Shown: positions 9,562 through 18,688, counted from the first letter of the stretch. The stretch is DNA of 23,701 bases from a bacterium (GCA_965233585.1 CBDDTI010000068.1:1-23701), one strand, 5' to 3'. Program-made: numbers and translations. Notes: generated by a model from the sequence alone, not told the origin.

Positions 9562-12500
9562 CTAATGGGAAGGGGTTTGGTCGAGTTCATTGTCCCTGCA
9601 GGCTTCCAGAGGAAAAATTTCGTGAATACTGCGTTTCAATATTTTCCTGGAATTTTTGGACCTCAAAAGAACCGTTCGAACTTGACCATCTGTCCCCTTA
9701 ATTATTCGAAAAACCCTACCTAATGGCCATTGATATTGTTTCCTATTTTGCTCCTCAATTAACACCAAATCTCCGATCTTCAAGTTTGGATGTTTAGAAA
9801 ACCACCTATGTCTGGCATGAAGTTGGGTTAAATATTGTGATGTCCACAACTTCTTAAATTCTCGAGACAAATCCTGACGTTGCTCCCAACGAAGTCTCAC
9901 TTCCGAGGAGTCATCGCATTCTGTCTCAGAGAAAAAATCCTGCCATAGGCGAATACGTCTTCCAAGACAAAGCATAGAAGGCGTAATCACATCAAATGCT
10001 TCTTCAGATACGGCAAGCAGAGGGCGATCGTTAACTTGCGCCTCCGCATCCTTCATCAGGGTGAGAAAGTCGACGTAGGTCATGACTTCTGACTTATCAA
10101 GTAACTTTCTCATGGGAACCTTGATGAGTTTCACTGCCCTTTCCCAAATGCCGCCTCCGGCCGAATGAAGCTCCGTAGAGTAACTCCACTTAAACTCATA
10201 CTTGTCCGCGGCATCCTTAATGATCTCGTTATTAATGGCGATCGTTTCCTTCAACTCTTTATCGGCCTTTTTGAAGTAAAGGCCATTATCAGAGTATAAA
10301 TGGACTGGCACGCCACGAATCGACATCATGCGTCGCAGAGCAAGCAAAAAGTCTTCAGCCTCATTCGATAGAACGAGTTCCGTATGAACCGCTCTGGTAA
10401 TAAGGCAAGTAAATATGACCATATAGCAAGGATGAGTATTCCTCGCCCTTATAGTCATTTTAACTTGAAACTTTGCCGTGTAATCTACCCCAACTTTAGT
10501 GAAGGGTGGAGAATACTTTAATCTGATAGTAGGGAGAGGAGCCATGATCTGCTGACCTCTCCTCGCATTTGATTTTTGGCATTCTAAACATTTTCTCAAT
10601 ACACTTCTTATTTGAAGCCTACTAGACATAATCCAGTATTGTTGCCGCAAATGGAAGTGTGTCCAATCAACAGGAGAATGTTGATTGTCCAGATGAGTTT
10701 TTAAGATGAGTGATGTAACAAATCCATGACCTTTTGGAAGAATGATTGGAAACCTCTCAAACTCCAAAAGTGGGGCTTCAACTAATCTACCGTGCACTCT
10801 CAACACTCCCCTTTCGTCCAACTGCGGGTTTAATGGCAAAAGTTTGGAGTGTCTTGGGATATCCTGTCCCCGGTTTAGATTTTCTATTTCCTCAGCGAAA
10901 TGAGAAAATTGGGCCTGTTTGATCCAATAAAGTCGTGCACGTTGTTTATGGTGCGAAATTTTATTTGGATCTAGAATAGCTGATTTCTTACTTAGGGCTT
11001 TAATTTTCCAAATATCCACGATTTCCATGATTAACATGGTCTTCCTCAGAAGAAGATCGTGGTCTCCATAATAGTCAGCCATATTGACGACCATCATGTT
11101 TTGTGGATATTCCTCGTAAGTTTTACTTATAGTCAAATGACTATAGACAAATTGCTTCTTTACTTCCTGCAATTTATCTACTTTGGAGAAATCCACTTTG
11201 GGTATTTTCCAATCCTCTCGCGAGAGTCGCAAGAAATTTGGGCCCTGAGTCCACAAAGTTCTTTTCAATGCGCTAGGAGCACATCCACGGCTTGCAATAT
11301 CCGCTGGATTCATTTGCGTGCTCACGTATTGGAAAACATACCCAAACCCTTGAATTTTTTGTACTCGATTAGAAACAAAGGGTAACAAGGAATTTGGCTT
11401 CTTTGTTAGCCACCATAGTGTTGTTTCTGAATCAGAATAACAAAAAATCCGGTTCTTTGGAAAATTGAGTTCTTCCCTAATCATATCAGCTATCTTTGCA
11501 CACAAGAGTGCAGCCACTAATTCTAAGCGAGGCACAGAAATATCTTTTGTGGGATTAATTTTCGACTTTGCAAACAACAATGTAGATTCATAACGATTTT
11601 CCTTATTGTTAAACGTCCGTGCATATGCTGCGACTCCATGGCCCATATTCGCAGAAGCGTCGCCAAAGACATGTAACTCCGTAGAGTCATTGAACTCCAC
11701 ATGTCTAGGAAACGTAACATCTTTCAATTCAGGTAGCATTTCCAACCACCTGTGCCATTCCTGCTGCAAATTTGGGGAAAGTTTACTCTTCCAATTTATT
11801 TTCTCCTCAAAAGTACTCTTCAAGATTTTTCTTGCAAGAAGGATAAAAGGAGAAATAAGTCCCAAAGGGTCAAAAGGTCTCGCAAGCAAACTGGCTACGG
11901 AGGTTTTAGTGTCATCATTATGAATCGCCATACTGCAATAATGTCGAAAAATAAATGTATCCTGTGACGGATCCCATCTAATCCCCAAAGAAGAAGTTTC
12001 TTCGCTTAAAAACAAAGAACTTTCCTCTTTGTCAGTGGTTGTAGGTGCACGAGCCTCCTTAGGAATTCTCTTAAGGAGCTCTGGTGAATTAGTTGCCCAT
12101 TTATGGATTTTAAAATGACCTCTATCTAATAACTTACAAAGTTCTCTATACATGGTAAAGGCTTCTTCTACTGAATCACCCCCGGTGGTGACATCATCTA
12201 CATACGTATCCTTCAGGATGGTATCACACGCCCTTTTTTCAAAGGTCGTGAGGCCTGCCTCTAACAACCGGTCTTTAACAAGTCGTTGCAAGCAAGATAT
12301 GGCTTGAAAGGGTGAATCTGCCGCGCCAAAGATCAATGTTTTAAATTGATAAACTTTGGTAGTGGCCTTGGGATCGTCCGGATCCCTCCACAAGAATCTA
12401 AGATACTGTCGATCTATTGGGTCCACCTCAATTTGTAAAAACATTTTACTTATATCGCCAATAAGAGCAATTCTCCTAGTGCGAAATCTCAATTCAACAG

Positions 12501-13737
12501 CCACAATGGCCTGTTGTAGAGGTGGCCCTGGCAATAGGGAGTCATTCAGCGAAAATCCCGAAGGGGATTTCGCCGACGCATCAAACACGATGCGACATTT
12601 CGTGCTGACGCGTGTAGGATCATAGACAGCCCTATGGGGAAGGAAATATAGATCGGTCCGTCCTAAATTGCCCATTTCCTCGATCGTCTCTGTGGTCACT
12701 TCCTCAATTGTACATTGGTCAATGTAATCATTCATTGCCTTGAGGTAAGCGGCCTTTAAATCTGGATCCTTTTTCAACCTTCTCATGAGACCTTCCAGGC
12801 GGGCCTTCGCCGAGGCAATATTGTTGACCAACTTTGGTTGCTCACTTCGCCATAGAAGTCTCGTGGTGAAACGACCGGAAACTGGGTTGTATCTCAGATT
12901 CTCCGACATGCTTTCGACAGCCATAATCTCATCCACGCTGAGTTTCTCGTCAGTGTGATCTCTGGGGAGTTCTTCAATAGTCCACATCCTCTCGATATTC
13001 TTGTTAAGCTGTTCCACAGTCGTAACAAAAGTATCGATGTCCTCTTGTTGTTCTCGTAGCATCCCACAAGGTACAAGTCCGAATTTCGTCTTGATGATGA
13101 CCAAAGACTCGCCGATCTTCTGGTCAATGCCTTGTACGATTGTCCACATGTCCACGACTCCCAGGAGAATGTCCACATCGCCTCCCTTCCTCGGGATCGA
13201 TTCATTCAATTCAAGGGAATTCAGCTTCTCGCGTAAATTGCCGTCAACATGTATATTTTCATAATTGATGCTCATTATGAAAGGAACTACGAAACAATCA
13301 AAGGAAACAAAACCGAACGATGCCTTTAAATGGCATCTAACCTTCCGCGAATGTTGTACTTTTATACCATGAAGCGTGTTAATGGACAAAGTTACATTTT
13401 TATCAAGAGTTTCATGTCTTACCCCTCTCAAAGCCTTTGCAGTAATGAAAGAAGAAGTAGAACCTGTGTCCAATAGAACCCTTAATCTACCATCCTTGGA
13501 AGCTTGGTTTTGAACCATCAATGTGGGGAGTAATTGTGGTGAATTTAAATTAGGGTGTGGTAATTGAAGTTCTCCTCCCAGAGTTCTGCCTGAAAAATTA
13601 GTGAAATTATTAGAACGATGAAGGTTTGTTAAATCAAAGACTACATTAGCGTTACAAATTTTCACGGTAGGGGATTTCCATTTGTTAGAGGGCCCCCTTA
13701 CGCCCACCGGTAAGTCCGATGGGAGCCCCAAATTTTC
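9562..13737 (-). CDS. pol: Pol: aspartic protease, RT, RNase H, integrase; in frame with gag after a UAG
   Basis: VLLDTGS (PR); YFLPH..V, CRIVFDAS, DISKMFLQI, YVDD (RT); LHVFGDAS, VPRLELVAA, SDS, NPADIASRG (RH); H..C..C, GVDY, SDNG, GGIWER (IN); GDLVLI..WPLGRV C-terminus. No native ATG at the 5' end. Confidence 0.97.
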   Translation of the reverse strand, partial: ENLGLPSDLPVGVRGPSNKWKSPTVKICNANVVFDLTNLHRSNNFTNFSGRTLGGELQLPHPNLNSPQLLPTLMVQNQASKDGRLRVLLDTGSTSSFITAKALRGVRHETLDKNVTLSINTLHGIKVQHSRKVRCHLKASFGFVSFDCFVVPFIMSINYENIHVDGNLREKLNSLELNESIPRKGGDVDILLGVVDMWTIVQGIDQKIGESLVIIKTKFGLVPCGMLREQQEDIDTFVTTVEQLNKNIERMWTIEELPRDHTDEKLSVDEIMAVESMSENLRYNPVSGRFTTRLLWRSEQPKLVNNIASAKARLEGLMRRLKKDPDLKAAYLKAMNDYIDQCTIEEVTTETIEEMGNLGRTDLYFLPHRAVYDPTRVSTKCRIVFDASAKSPSGFSLNDSLLPGPPLQQAIVAVELRFRTRRIALIGDISKMFLQIEVDPIDRQYLRFLWRDPDDPKATTKVYQFKTLIFGAADSPFQAISCLQRLVKDRLLEAGLTTFEKRACDTILKDTYVDDVTTGGDSVEEAFTMYRELCKLLDRGHFKIHKWATNSPELLKRIPKEARAPTTTDKEESSLFLSEETSSLGIRWDPSQDTFIFRHYCSMAIHNDDTKTSVASLLARPFDPLGLISPFILLARKILKSTFEEKINWKSKLSPNLQQEWHRWLEMLPELKDVTFPRHVEFNDSTELHVFGDASANMGHGVAAYARTFNNKENRYESTLLFAKSKINPTKDISVPRLELVAALLCAKIADMIREELNFPKNRIFCYSDSETTLWWLTKKPNSLLPFVSNRVQKIQGFGYVFQYVSTQMNPADIASRGCAPSALKRTLWTQGPNFLRLSREDWKIPKVDFSKVDKLQEVKKQFVYSHLTISKTYEEYPQNMMVVNMADYYGDHDLLLRKTMLIMEIVDIWKIKALSKKSAILDPNKISHHKQRARLYWIKQAQFSHFAEEIENLNRGQDIPRHSKLLPLNPQLDERGVLRVHGRLVEAPLLEFERFPIILPKGHGFVTSLILKTHLDNQHSPVDWTHFHLRQQYWIMSSRLQIRSVLRKCLECQKSNARRGQQIMAPLPTIRLKYSPPFTKVGVDYTAKFQVKMTIRARNTHPCYMVIFTCLITRAVHTELVLSNEAEDFLLALRRMMSIRGVPVHLYSDNGLYFKKADKELKETIAINNEIIKDAADKYEFKWSYSTELHSAGGGIWERAVKLIKVPMRKLLDKSEVMTYVDFLTLMKDAEAQVNDRPLLAVSEEAFDVITPSMLCLGRRIRLWQDFFSETECDDSSEVRLRWEQRQDLSREFKKLWTSQYLTQLHARHRWFSKHPNLKIGDLVLIEEQNRKQYQWPLGRVFRIIKGTDGQVRTVLLRSKNSRKILKRSIHEIFPLEACRDNELDQTPSH

Positions 13738-13740
13738 CTA
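13689..13740 (-). promoter_or_regulatory. Putative stop-codon readthrough signal (UAG + 8-nt spacer + stem/pseudoknot)
   Basis: UAG GAAAAUUU GGGGCUCCCAUCGGACUUACCGGUGGGCGUAAGGGGGCCCU. GGGGCUCCC/GGGGGCCCU, CCCAUCGG/CCGGUGGG and CUUAC/GUAAG can pair. Confidence 0.7.
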
Positions 13741-16020
13741 ACTACTTTGGGGAGGGACTAAATCTTTCGACCGACCATGCAGCGATCGATGATGTCTTCC
13801 GCGACAATTATCTTGATCGCATCCCGGATGGGGACACGACGAAGCCCAATGACCTGCCTTTAAACAATTAAGGCATAGCTGAAATTCTAAAGCCTTTACA
13901 TACATGGTATCAGGTTTCATCTTTTGTGTACAATGATTAGAACTATGTCGCGGACTGTTACAAAAACAACAGGGTATCACTTCCCTTTCTCTATTGTCTT
14001 TATCACTCATCGCTGATTGGTCAGTCTTGGTTGTAGATATCACTGGTGTTGATCCTCTTCCTCTGCCCCTTCCTCTGCCTCCGCCACGACCTCTACCACC
14101 TCGAGTACCGCCTCTTCCTCTACCTGTTCCACGGCCGCCACGTGCTGCACCACCCCCCATGTTATTTGTAGCGGTTGCAGCAACCGTGTCTGTCGCCAAG
14201 ACCGTGGTTACGTCTTCTGGCTCCGACTTCTGTGAATGTTGAGCACCTCCTTTATTTCCCTTGGAATCCTTCTTCTTGCTTTTGTTATCCCCAAATTCCA
14301 TGGCTATACCAGACGGTTGGCCCAATTTGATTTTGGGGTTACTTGGATCGGCATGGTAAAAGGTCCTCGCCATAGAGACCTGCTTCTCCATCCAATCTAA
14401 CATGAAATCCAATTTATTCCTATCACTCATTTTGCCTCTCAAAGTTTCCTCCCTGTCGAGTGCCCACTGATAATCACTGCGCATTCTCTGATTGAATTTA
14501 CAGTGCAACTCGTGACAAATTGCCCTAGCGTTAAAGGTAGCTCCATCCTCGTATTGCAGAAGGCTCATCACGTAGTTGGTGGCAAATCCGAAGAACTGTG
14601 CAAGGTCCTTGTACCTATTCTCAGGGACCATCGGAAATGCAATAAGCCTCTCCCTTAGTTGACTTAGGGAGGCTTCAGTGTCACCGAAAGCTTTCTCCAG
14701 GTTCCTTTTCAATTGATCGTAACTCCCAGGTGAAAAGGTGATCTGGTGAGTGAGGTAATTCGCTGTTCCCTTGAGAGAGCTACTGAGTAAATGAAGTTTC
14801 ATGATTTTAGGAATTTTTGGATTTCTATCTACCAAACAAGTAAACATAGCATAGAACTTGTGGAACTCCAAGGGGTTACCATAAAAGTTTGGTAACTTGA
14901 CATCAGGTAGAGTGTGGTATTGGCCTGAGTAAGGCTGAGGAGCAGAAAAAAGTTCTGCACCAGTTTCCTCAATCTTCAAATGGAAACGTTGGGCCAAAGA
15001 ATCCATGTCATGGGTCATTGCCCCTGCCTGTGACTGCATGCCTGTGCCTTCTTCTTCCGCAAACCCCCTCATTAAGTTATTCATCATGAACTCCTTTTGC
15101 TGGGGAGTCAAGCTTTCGCTTTCCAGTACAAATTTAAGCATTTGCTGCCTCTGCACGTCCTTCCTTTCTTCTGAAGGCGCTCTGCTTCCCCTCCTGGTTG
15201 AGGACAAGCCTGGCACAAAGGCTCCAGCACCTTCATGCTTCTCCTCTTTTGGTTCCTTTCTCTGGCCTGCTTCAGGTTGACCTGATTCTGGAACATTATC
15301 TGCAGAGGAAGCATTAAAAGAAAGGAAAGTCTCCCCCGGTTCAGGAAAGTCTTGAAAAAGCACTGGCACGGAAACACCATCGTCTGAAAATGCAGTGTTC
15401 AGCATTTCTATCACAGGAAGCACACTTTCTCTGACCCAGTTCGTGTGTGCTTGCACAGCATGACCTAGATTCTCCCCTGACAAGAACATTAAGTACGTGA
15501 CAGTATCTAGAAACTCACGAAAAAGGGATAAGGCCATTGCCCTATAAATGTCTAAACCTTTTGTCCATCCCCTTTCTTGAGTAGTCACACCCTCCCTGAA
15601 AGACTGAAGCTTCTCTACGTAACTACAAACTAGAGCTCTTCTTGCCACCATAAACCTTTTCACTTCATCCTCGGCACAATCAGATATTAAGGCTTCTGAT
15701 GTGCCAGGATAAGCCATTCTACCGAGAGATTTATCAAGTTCTCTCAGCAGAAGGGTGACGATGGGTATTTCCCTATTGACTGGTATGTGTAACTCAAAGG
15801 GAAACCCAATTAAAAGTCTGATGAAAAGACGCATCCTATCTAGCTGTTCTTCATCACCTAAGTCTTGACCAGCGAAATAATCCTTTACCTCGCCGGCCCT
15901 GATGGCATTTCTCACGGTTTCGTAGAATGCAAGCCATTCTTGATTTCTTCTTGATCTGGCTTGCTGCTTCAGATCCATCACAGTTGGGTTATCACGTACT
16001 TCTGACCTTGTTCTTACCAT
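13738..16020 (-). CDS. gag: Gag (BEL/Pao type), 760 aa
   Basis: LPDVKLPNFYGNPLEFHKF (DUF1759-like capsid start), an RGG-rich tract, and three C-terminal knuckles: CFCNSPRHSSNHC, CLNCLKAGHWASSC and CDQDNCRGRHHRSLH. Confidence 0.95.
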   Translation of the reverse strand: MVRTRSEVRDNPTVMDLKQQARSRRNQEWLAFYETVRNAIRAGEVKDYFAGQDLGDEEQLDRMRLFIRLLIGFPFELHIPVNREIPIVTLLLRELDKSLGRMAYPGTSEALISDCAEDEVKRFMVARRALVCSYVEKLQSFREGVTTQERGWTKGLDIYRAMALSLFREFLDTVTYLMFLSGENLGHAVQAHTNWVRESVLPVIEMLNTAFSDDGVSVPVLFQDFPEPGETFLSFNASSADNVPESGQPEAGQRKEPKEEKHEGAGAFVPGLSSTRRGSRAPSEERKDVQRQQMLKFVLESESLTPQQKEFMMNNLMRGFAEEEGTGMQSQAGAMTHDMDSLAQRFHLKIEETGAELFSAPQPYSGQYHTLPDVKLPNFYGNPLEFHKFYAMFTCLVDRNPKIPKIMKLHLLSSSLKGTANYLTHQITFSPGSYDQLKRNLEKAFGDTEASLSQLRERLIAFPMVPENRYKDLAQFFGFATNYVMSLLQYEDGATFNARAICHELHCKFNQRMRSDYQWALDREETLRGKMSDRNKLDFMLDWMEKQVSMARTFYHADPSNPKIKLGQPSGIAMEFGDNKSKKKDSKGNKGGAQHSQKSEPEDVTTVLATDTVAATATNNMGGGAARGGRGTGRGRGGTRGGRGRGGGRGRGRGRGSTPVISTTKTDQSAMSDKDNREREVIPCCFCNSPRHSSNHCTQKMKPDTMYVKALEFQLCLNCLKAGHWASSCPHPGCDQDNCRGRHHRSLHGRSKDLVPPQSS

Positions 16021-16156
16021 TTTGTTAAAGCTAATGTATATATATATATATGTAATAAATTAATGTCTTAAAGTTTTTGTCTTTGATTTATCACAACTTA
16101 ATCACTAATTAAATAATAACGATGATGATTGACTTACAATTTCACCTCTGACATAC

Positions 16157-16414
16157 TCAACGTTCTCTACTGGAATTGTGTCTTGAGGGCAAATCTGACC
16201 ATAGATCATCACTCTGACAAAACCCTGGATGTAGATGATTTCTTTCACAGGCTATACACAGAATTCCTCTCTCTAACCTGATCAATCTACAAACTGGGCA
16301 GTCAAAATATCTGATACGCCGCGTCATGATATCGTAAAATCTGTCCCCACACGTAACACACGTAGCGTATCTGATCCATCTTCTTATTGGTCGATTTTGT
16401 TGTTGCTCGCTCAT
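16157..16414 (-). CDS. Upstream accessory ORF, putative zinc-binding protein (85 aa)
   Basis: ATG-initiated intact ORF between the PBS and gag. Motif CxxC-x16-CxxC-x10-CxxC-x3-H-x-H-x3-C; Arg-rich. Confidence 0.7.
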   Translation of the reverse strand: MSEQQQNRPIRRWIRYATCVTCGDRFYDIMTRRIRYFDCPVCRLIRLERGILCIACERNHLHPGFCQSDDLWSDLPSRHNSSRER

Positions 16415-16442
16415 ATTATAATTCCAGTATTAATAGAAGTAC

Positions 16443-16521
16443 AGTACCTTGGTTCAATTGGTATGATGTTTTCGCCTGCCTTCGGCCCTTAGAGGTTTGA
16501 TTTCCCGGTTAGCATGCACCA
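16443..16521 (-). promoter_or_regulatory. Primer-binding site, extended complement of tRNA-Gly(GCC)
   Basis: The plus strand reads GGTTCAATTGGTA...TCGCCTGCC...GGTTTGATTTCCCGG...ATGCACCA. These blocks are collinear with the D-arm, anticodon arm, T-arm and acceptor+CCA of eukaryotic tRNA-Gly(GCC). The CCA is 1 nt from the LTR end. Confidence 0.8.
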
Positions 16522-16522
16522 A

Positions 16523-16922
16523 TGTTATATTCCTGCCGAGGAATGACATAAAAACAGCAAGGAATATAGGTGCGAAATGATAACCGTCTCTTCTAAGTCC
16601 CTTTTTTGGTGTAACCAAGAACTGTCTCTCTATATTTCACAAACGTCTTTACTCATCAAAGACAAGATTGTAAGTAACTTGAGGTTCAGTGGAATTTGTA
16701 CAACAGGGCTGCTTTGGCACCTCCGGGTAGTTGCCAGCATTCACATCTAGGTTACATTTTATGGTTTTATATGGTGTGGGCAAAAATACACATAAGAGTC
16801 AGTACTGTGATAAAAGAAAGCAAACCATTGCATGCAGGTTAGTGAACCCACCCTTTACATGCTACAAAGGGAAAGCCACGTCCTTGCAAACCAGATGAAA
16901 GATTATTTAAGTATAAGATTTG
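16523..16922 (-). repeat. 5' LTR (outer 3 nt missing)
   Basis: Inner end reads ...GGAATATAACA on the minus strand and is followed by T-TGG (PBS). It matches the 3' LTR with 3 substitutions and 3 one-base indels. The terminal TGT seen in the other copy is absent. Confidence 0.93.
16765..16771 (-). promoter_or_regulatory. Candidate LTR TATA box
   Basis: TATAAAA on the minus strand in mid-LTR (also at 3728-3734). A variant poly(A) signal AGTAAA lies downstream at 16648-16653. Confidence 0.4.
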
Positions 16923-17219
16923 TTTTGTGTTGGCAGCATGTATATTGATGAAACGCCTGTTGATGAATGACTTTTGATCATTGAATTTTGGGTAAAAATA
17001 TCTGTAAATAGTTTGAAGAGTGTAATTATTAGATCCTTTTCATGTAGTTTATCAATTTTTATAATTTCCCTTGAATTTTTCTCAATACACGGAGGAAATT
17101 TCATTGCCATTTTTGTCGTGTAAGTGTTTGCTCAAAATTTGGTCCTCAAAATTCATTCCTTTAAGGACACCTTCCCAAAAAAAAGCATTACAGATTAGAA
17201 ATGCATGTACTTGGACCAT

Positions 17220-17880
17220 GCCAATGCATCTATTTTTTGAAAGTACTGTGTTGAACATTTCAGCACTACATGGTGCTTTTCTTTTGATAGCCCTGCCAAC
17301 TATTTCTATCAGGTTTTCATCACTCACTTTATTCATTTCTTAGCGGATCTATTAGGTTTACTTCTGAATTGCCAAACAAGCAAACCTTTATGTTGCCATC
17401 TGGTGTTAATCTAATTATGTTGCAGGAACCACATAAGTTTTCACTCATAGATGTAATGAATCCAACCCTTCCCAGAAAGCCAGGAACCCACCAGGCTTTG
17501 GAGGTGTCATTAACCTCATCTTCGTGTTTTTGTCCTTGGAAGGTTGGGCTCTACAAGCTCCTCATGTGATGCCATCTGGAAGATAAAAATTAATCAATAG
17601 ATAATACTTCTCGTTGTGTCCTCCACTGATAGGCAATCATCTAACGTCAGCAATAAAAGTCATCTGACGAATAACGTCAAATTCCTAACTTACCTTCTTG
17701 GCAGCCCGACAGGTGCAGTCAAATGGCATATACTCGGTAACTCTTAGAATGAGCTTCCTTTCATTTTACCAGTCAACAAAATCAATGACTTTGTTCTCAT
17801 TAAGACCACGTTTGGATACATTGTTTATTTTGAGCTTAAGTGGACTAGAACCATCAATGACCTTGAGTGTTTTCTCCAGG
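17220..17880 (-). pseudogene. MOCS1: Molybdenum cofactor biosynthesis GTP 3',8-cyclase (MOCS1A/MoaA) C-terminal half, non-processed pseudogene
   Basis: Minus-strand translation: [98 protein letters not shown]. Contains stops and frameshifts, plus a GT-AG intron at 17576-17693. Confidence 0.88.
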
Positions 17881-18505
17881 GTATTTCAAGATCATGAAAA
17901 AAAGTGATTTCAATCACTCACCAATCACCTGCCAAAAATAATAATTTCATTTACTCACCAATCACAATTTCGAATGGTGATTGGACCAATCACCAATTAG
18001 ATCACATAACAGTACTTTTTTGAAATAAATTTTGCTCACTATATTTCTAATGAACATTCATTTTCATAAATAGCTGTTCTTCAAAGTGAAAGTCAGTCAA
18101 TATTGACCTATTTTTCCGAAAAATATTGCCTACAATGCAGAATGGACATTTCACTATGGATGGTAAAAGGGTGTTGCACTTCATGTACAGTTCCTTCGGT
18201 TGAGGGGTTTTGATGAAACCTTGAACTATCTTGATGCCATCTGAATTGTTTAGATCAAGGATTTGATCAGCACTTGAGCTCTTCACATCGCTATGGTTGT
18301 TTTAAAAAGTTTATAAAGATATTCATAGGATGGCAATAAAATTTTTGAACATGTATTCATATGCATAATGTTATCTGATGAAGAAGGATATTGTCCACAT
18401 TTCCATTCAAAGTCTGAAACTTTATTAACTATACCATGATCTGGAGCTATAACACATGGAAACACATAATAAGACATAATTTCACCTGGTCTTCCACACA
18501 ATGGT

Positions 18506-18688
18506 CTTCCTTAGGCCTATGCAATGAGGAATGGACTAAAAATTTTGTAAAATTATTTTTCAGTCAAAAGTTATGGAGCCTTCATTGATCTTATGTAGTG
18601 ATTTTAAAGAACACCTCTACGACTTTTGACTGAAAAAATATTGTGTTAAATTTTTTAGTCCTTTCATAATTGTATGGGCCTAAGGAAG
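18506..18688. mobile_element. Fold-back MITE
   Basis: CTTCCTTAGGCC...GGCCTAAGGAAG ends. The imperfect IR continues inward (GGACTAAAA/TTTTAGTCC; TTTTCAGTCAAAAGT/ACTTTTGACTGAAAA). Confidence 0.7.

Larger units (their letters stand above)
3501..16922 (-). mobile_element. BEL/Pao LTR retrotransposon with env and accessory genes (near full length)
   Basis: ~385-bp direct repeats at 3501-3885 and 16539-16922. Internal gag with a BEL-type triple Cys/His cluster, pol in PR-RT-RH-IN order with YVDD and Pao RNase H motifs, and an env-like ORF. PBS and PPT lie next to the LTR inner ends. Confidence 0.97.

Noticed and set aside
10900..15400. Short plus-strand and alternate-frame ORFs within gag/pol
   Set aside because: Shadow frames of long coding sequence.
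16037..16051. (TA)n run before gag as a regulatory element
   Set aside because: Short microsatellite with no supporting evidence.
16443..16521. Element-encoded functional tRNA-Gly
   Set aside because: The 5' acceptor strand and the 3' anticodon-stem strand do not pair, so it cannot fold as a cloverleaf. Treated as an extended PBS.
17910..18005. CCAATCAC repeat cluster as a CCAAT-box promoter
   Set aside because: No associated gene start; more likely a remnant of a repeat with subterminal motifs.
18047..18501. Two adjacent minus-strand ORFs as the N-terminal part of MOCS1
   Set aside because: No CxxxCxxC or other MoaA motif is recognisable; identity unknown.
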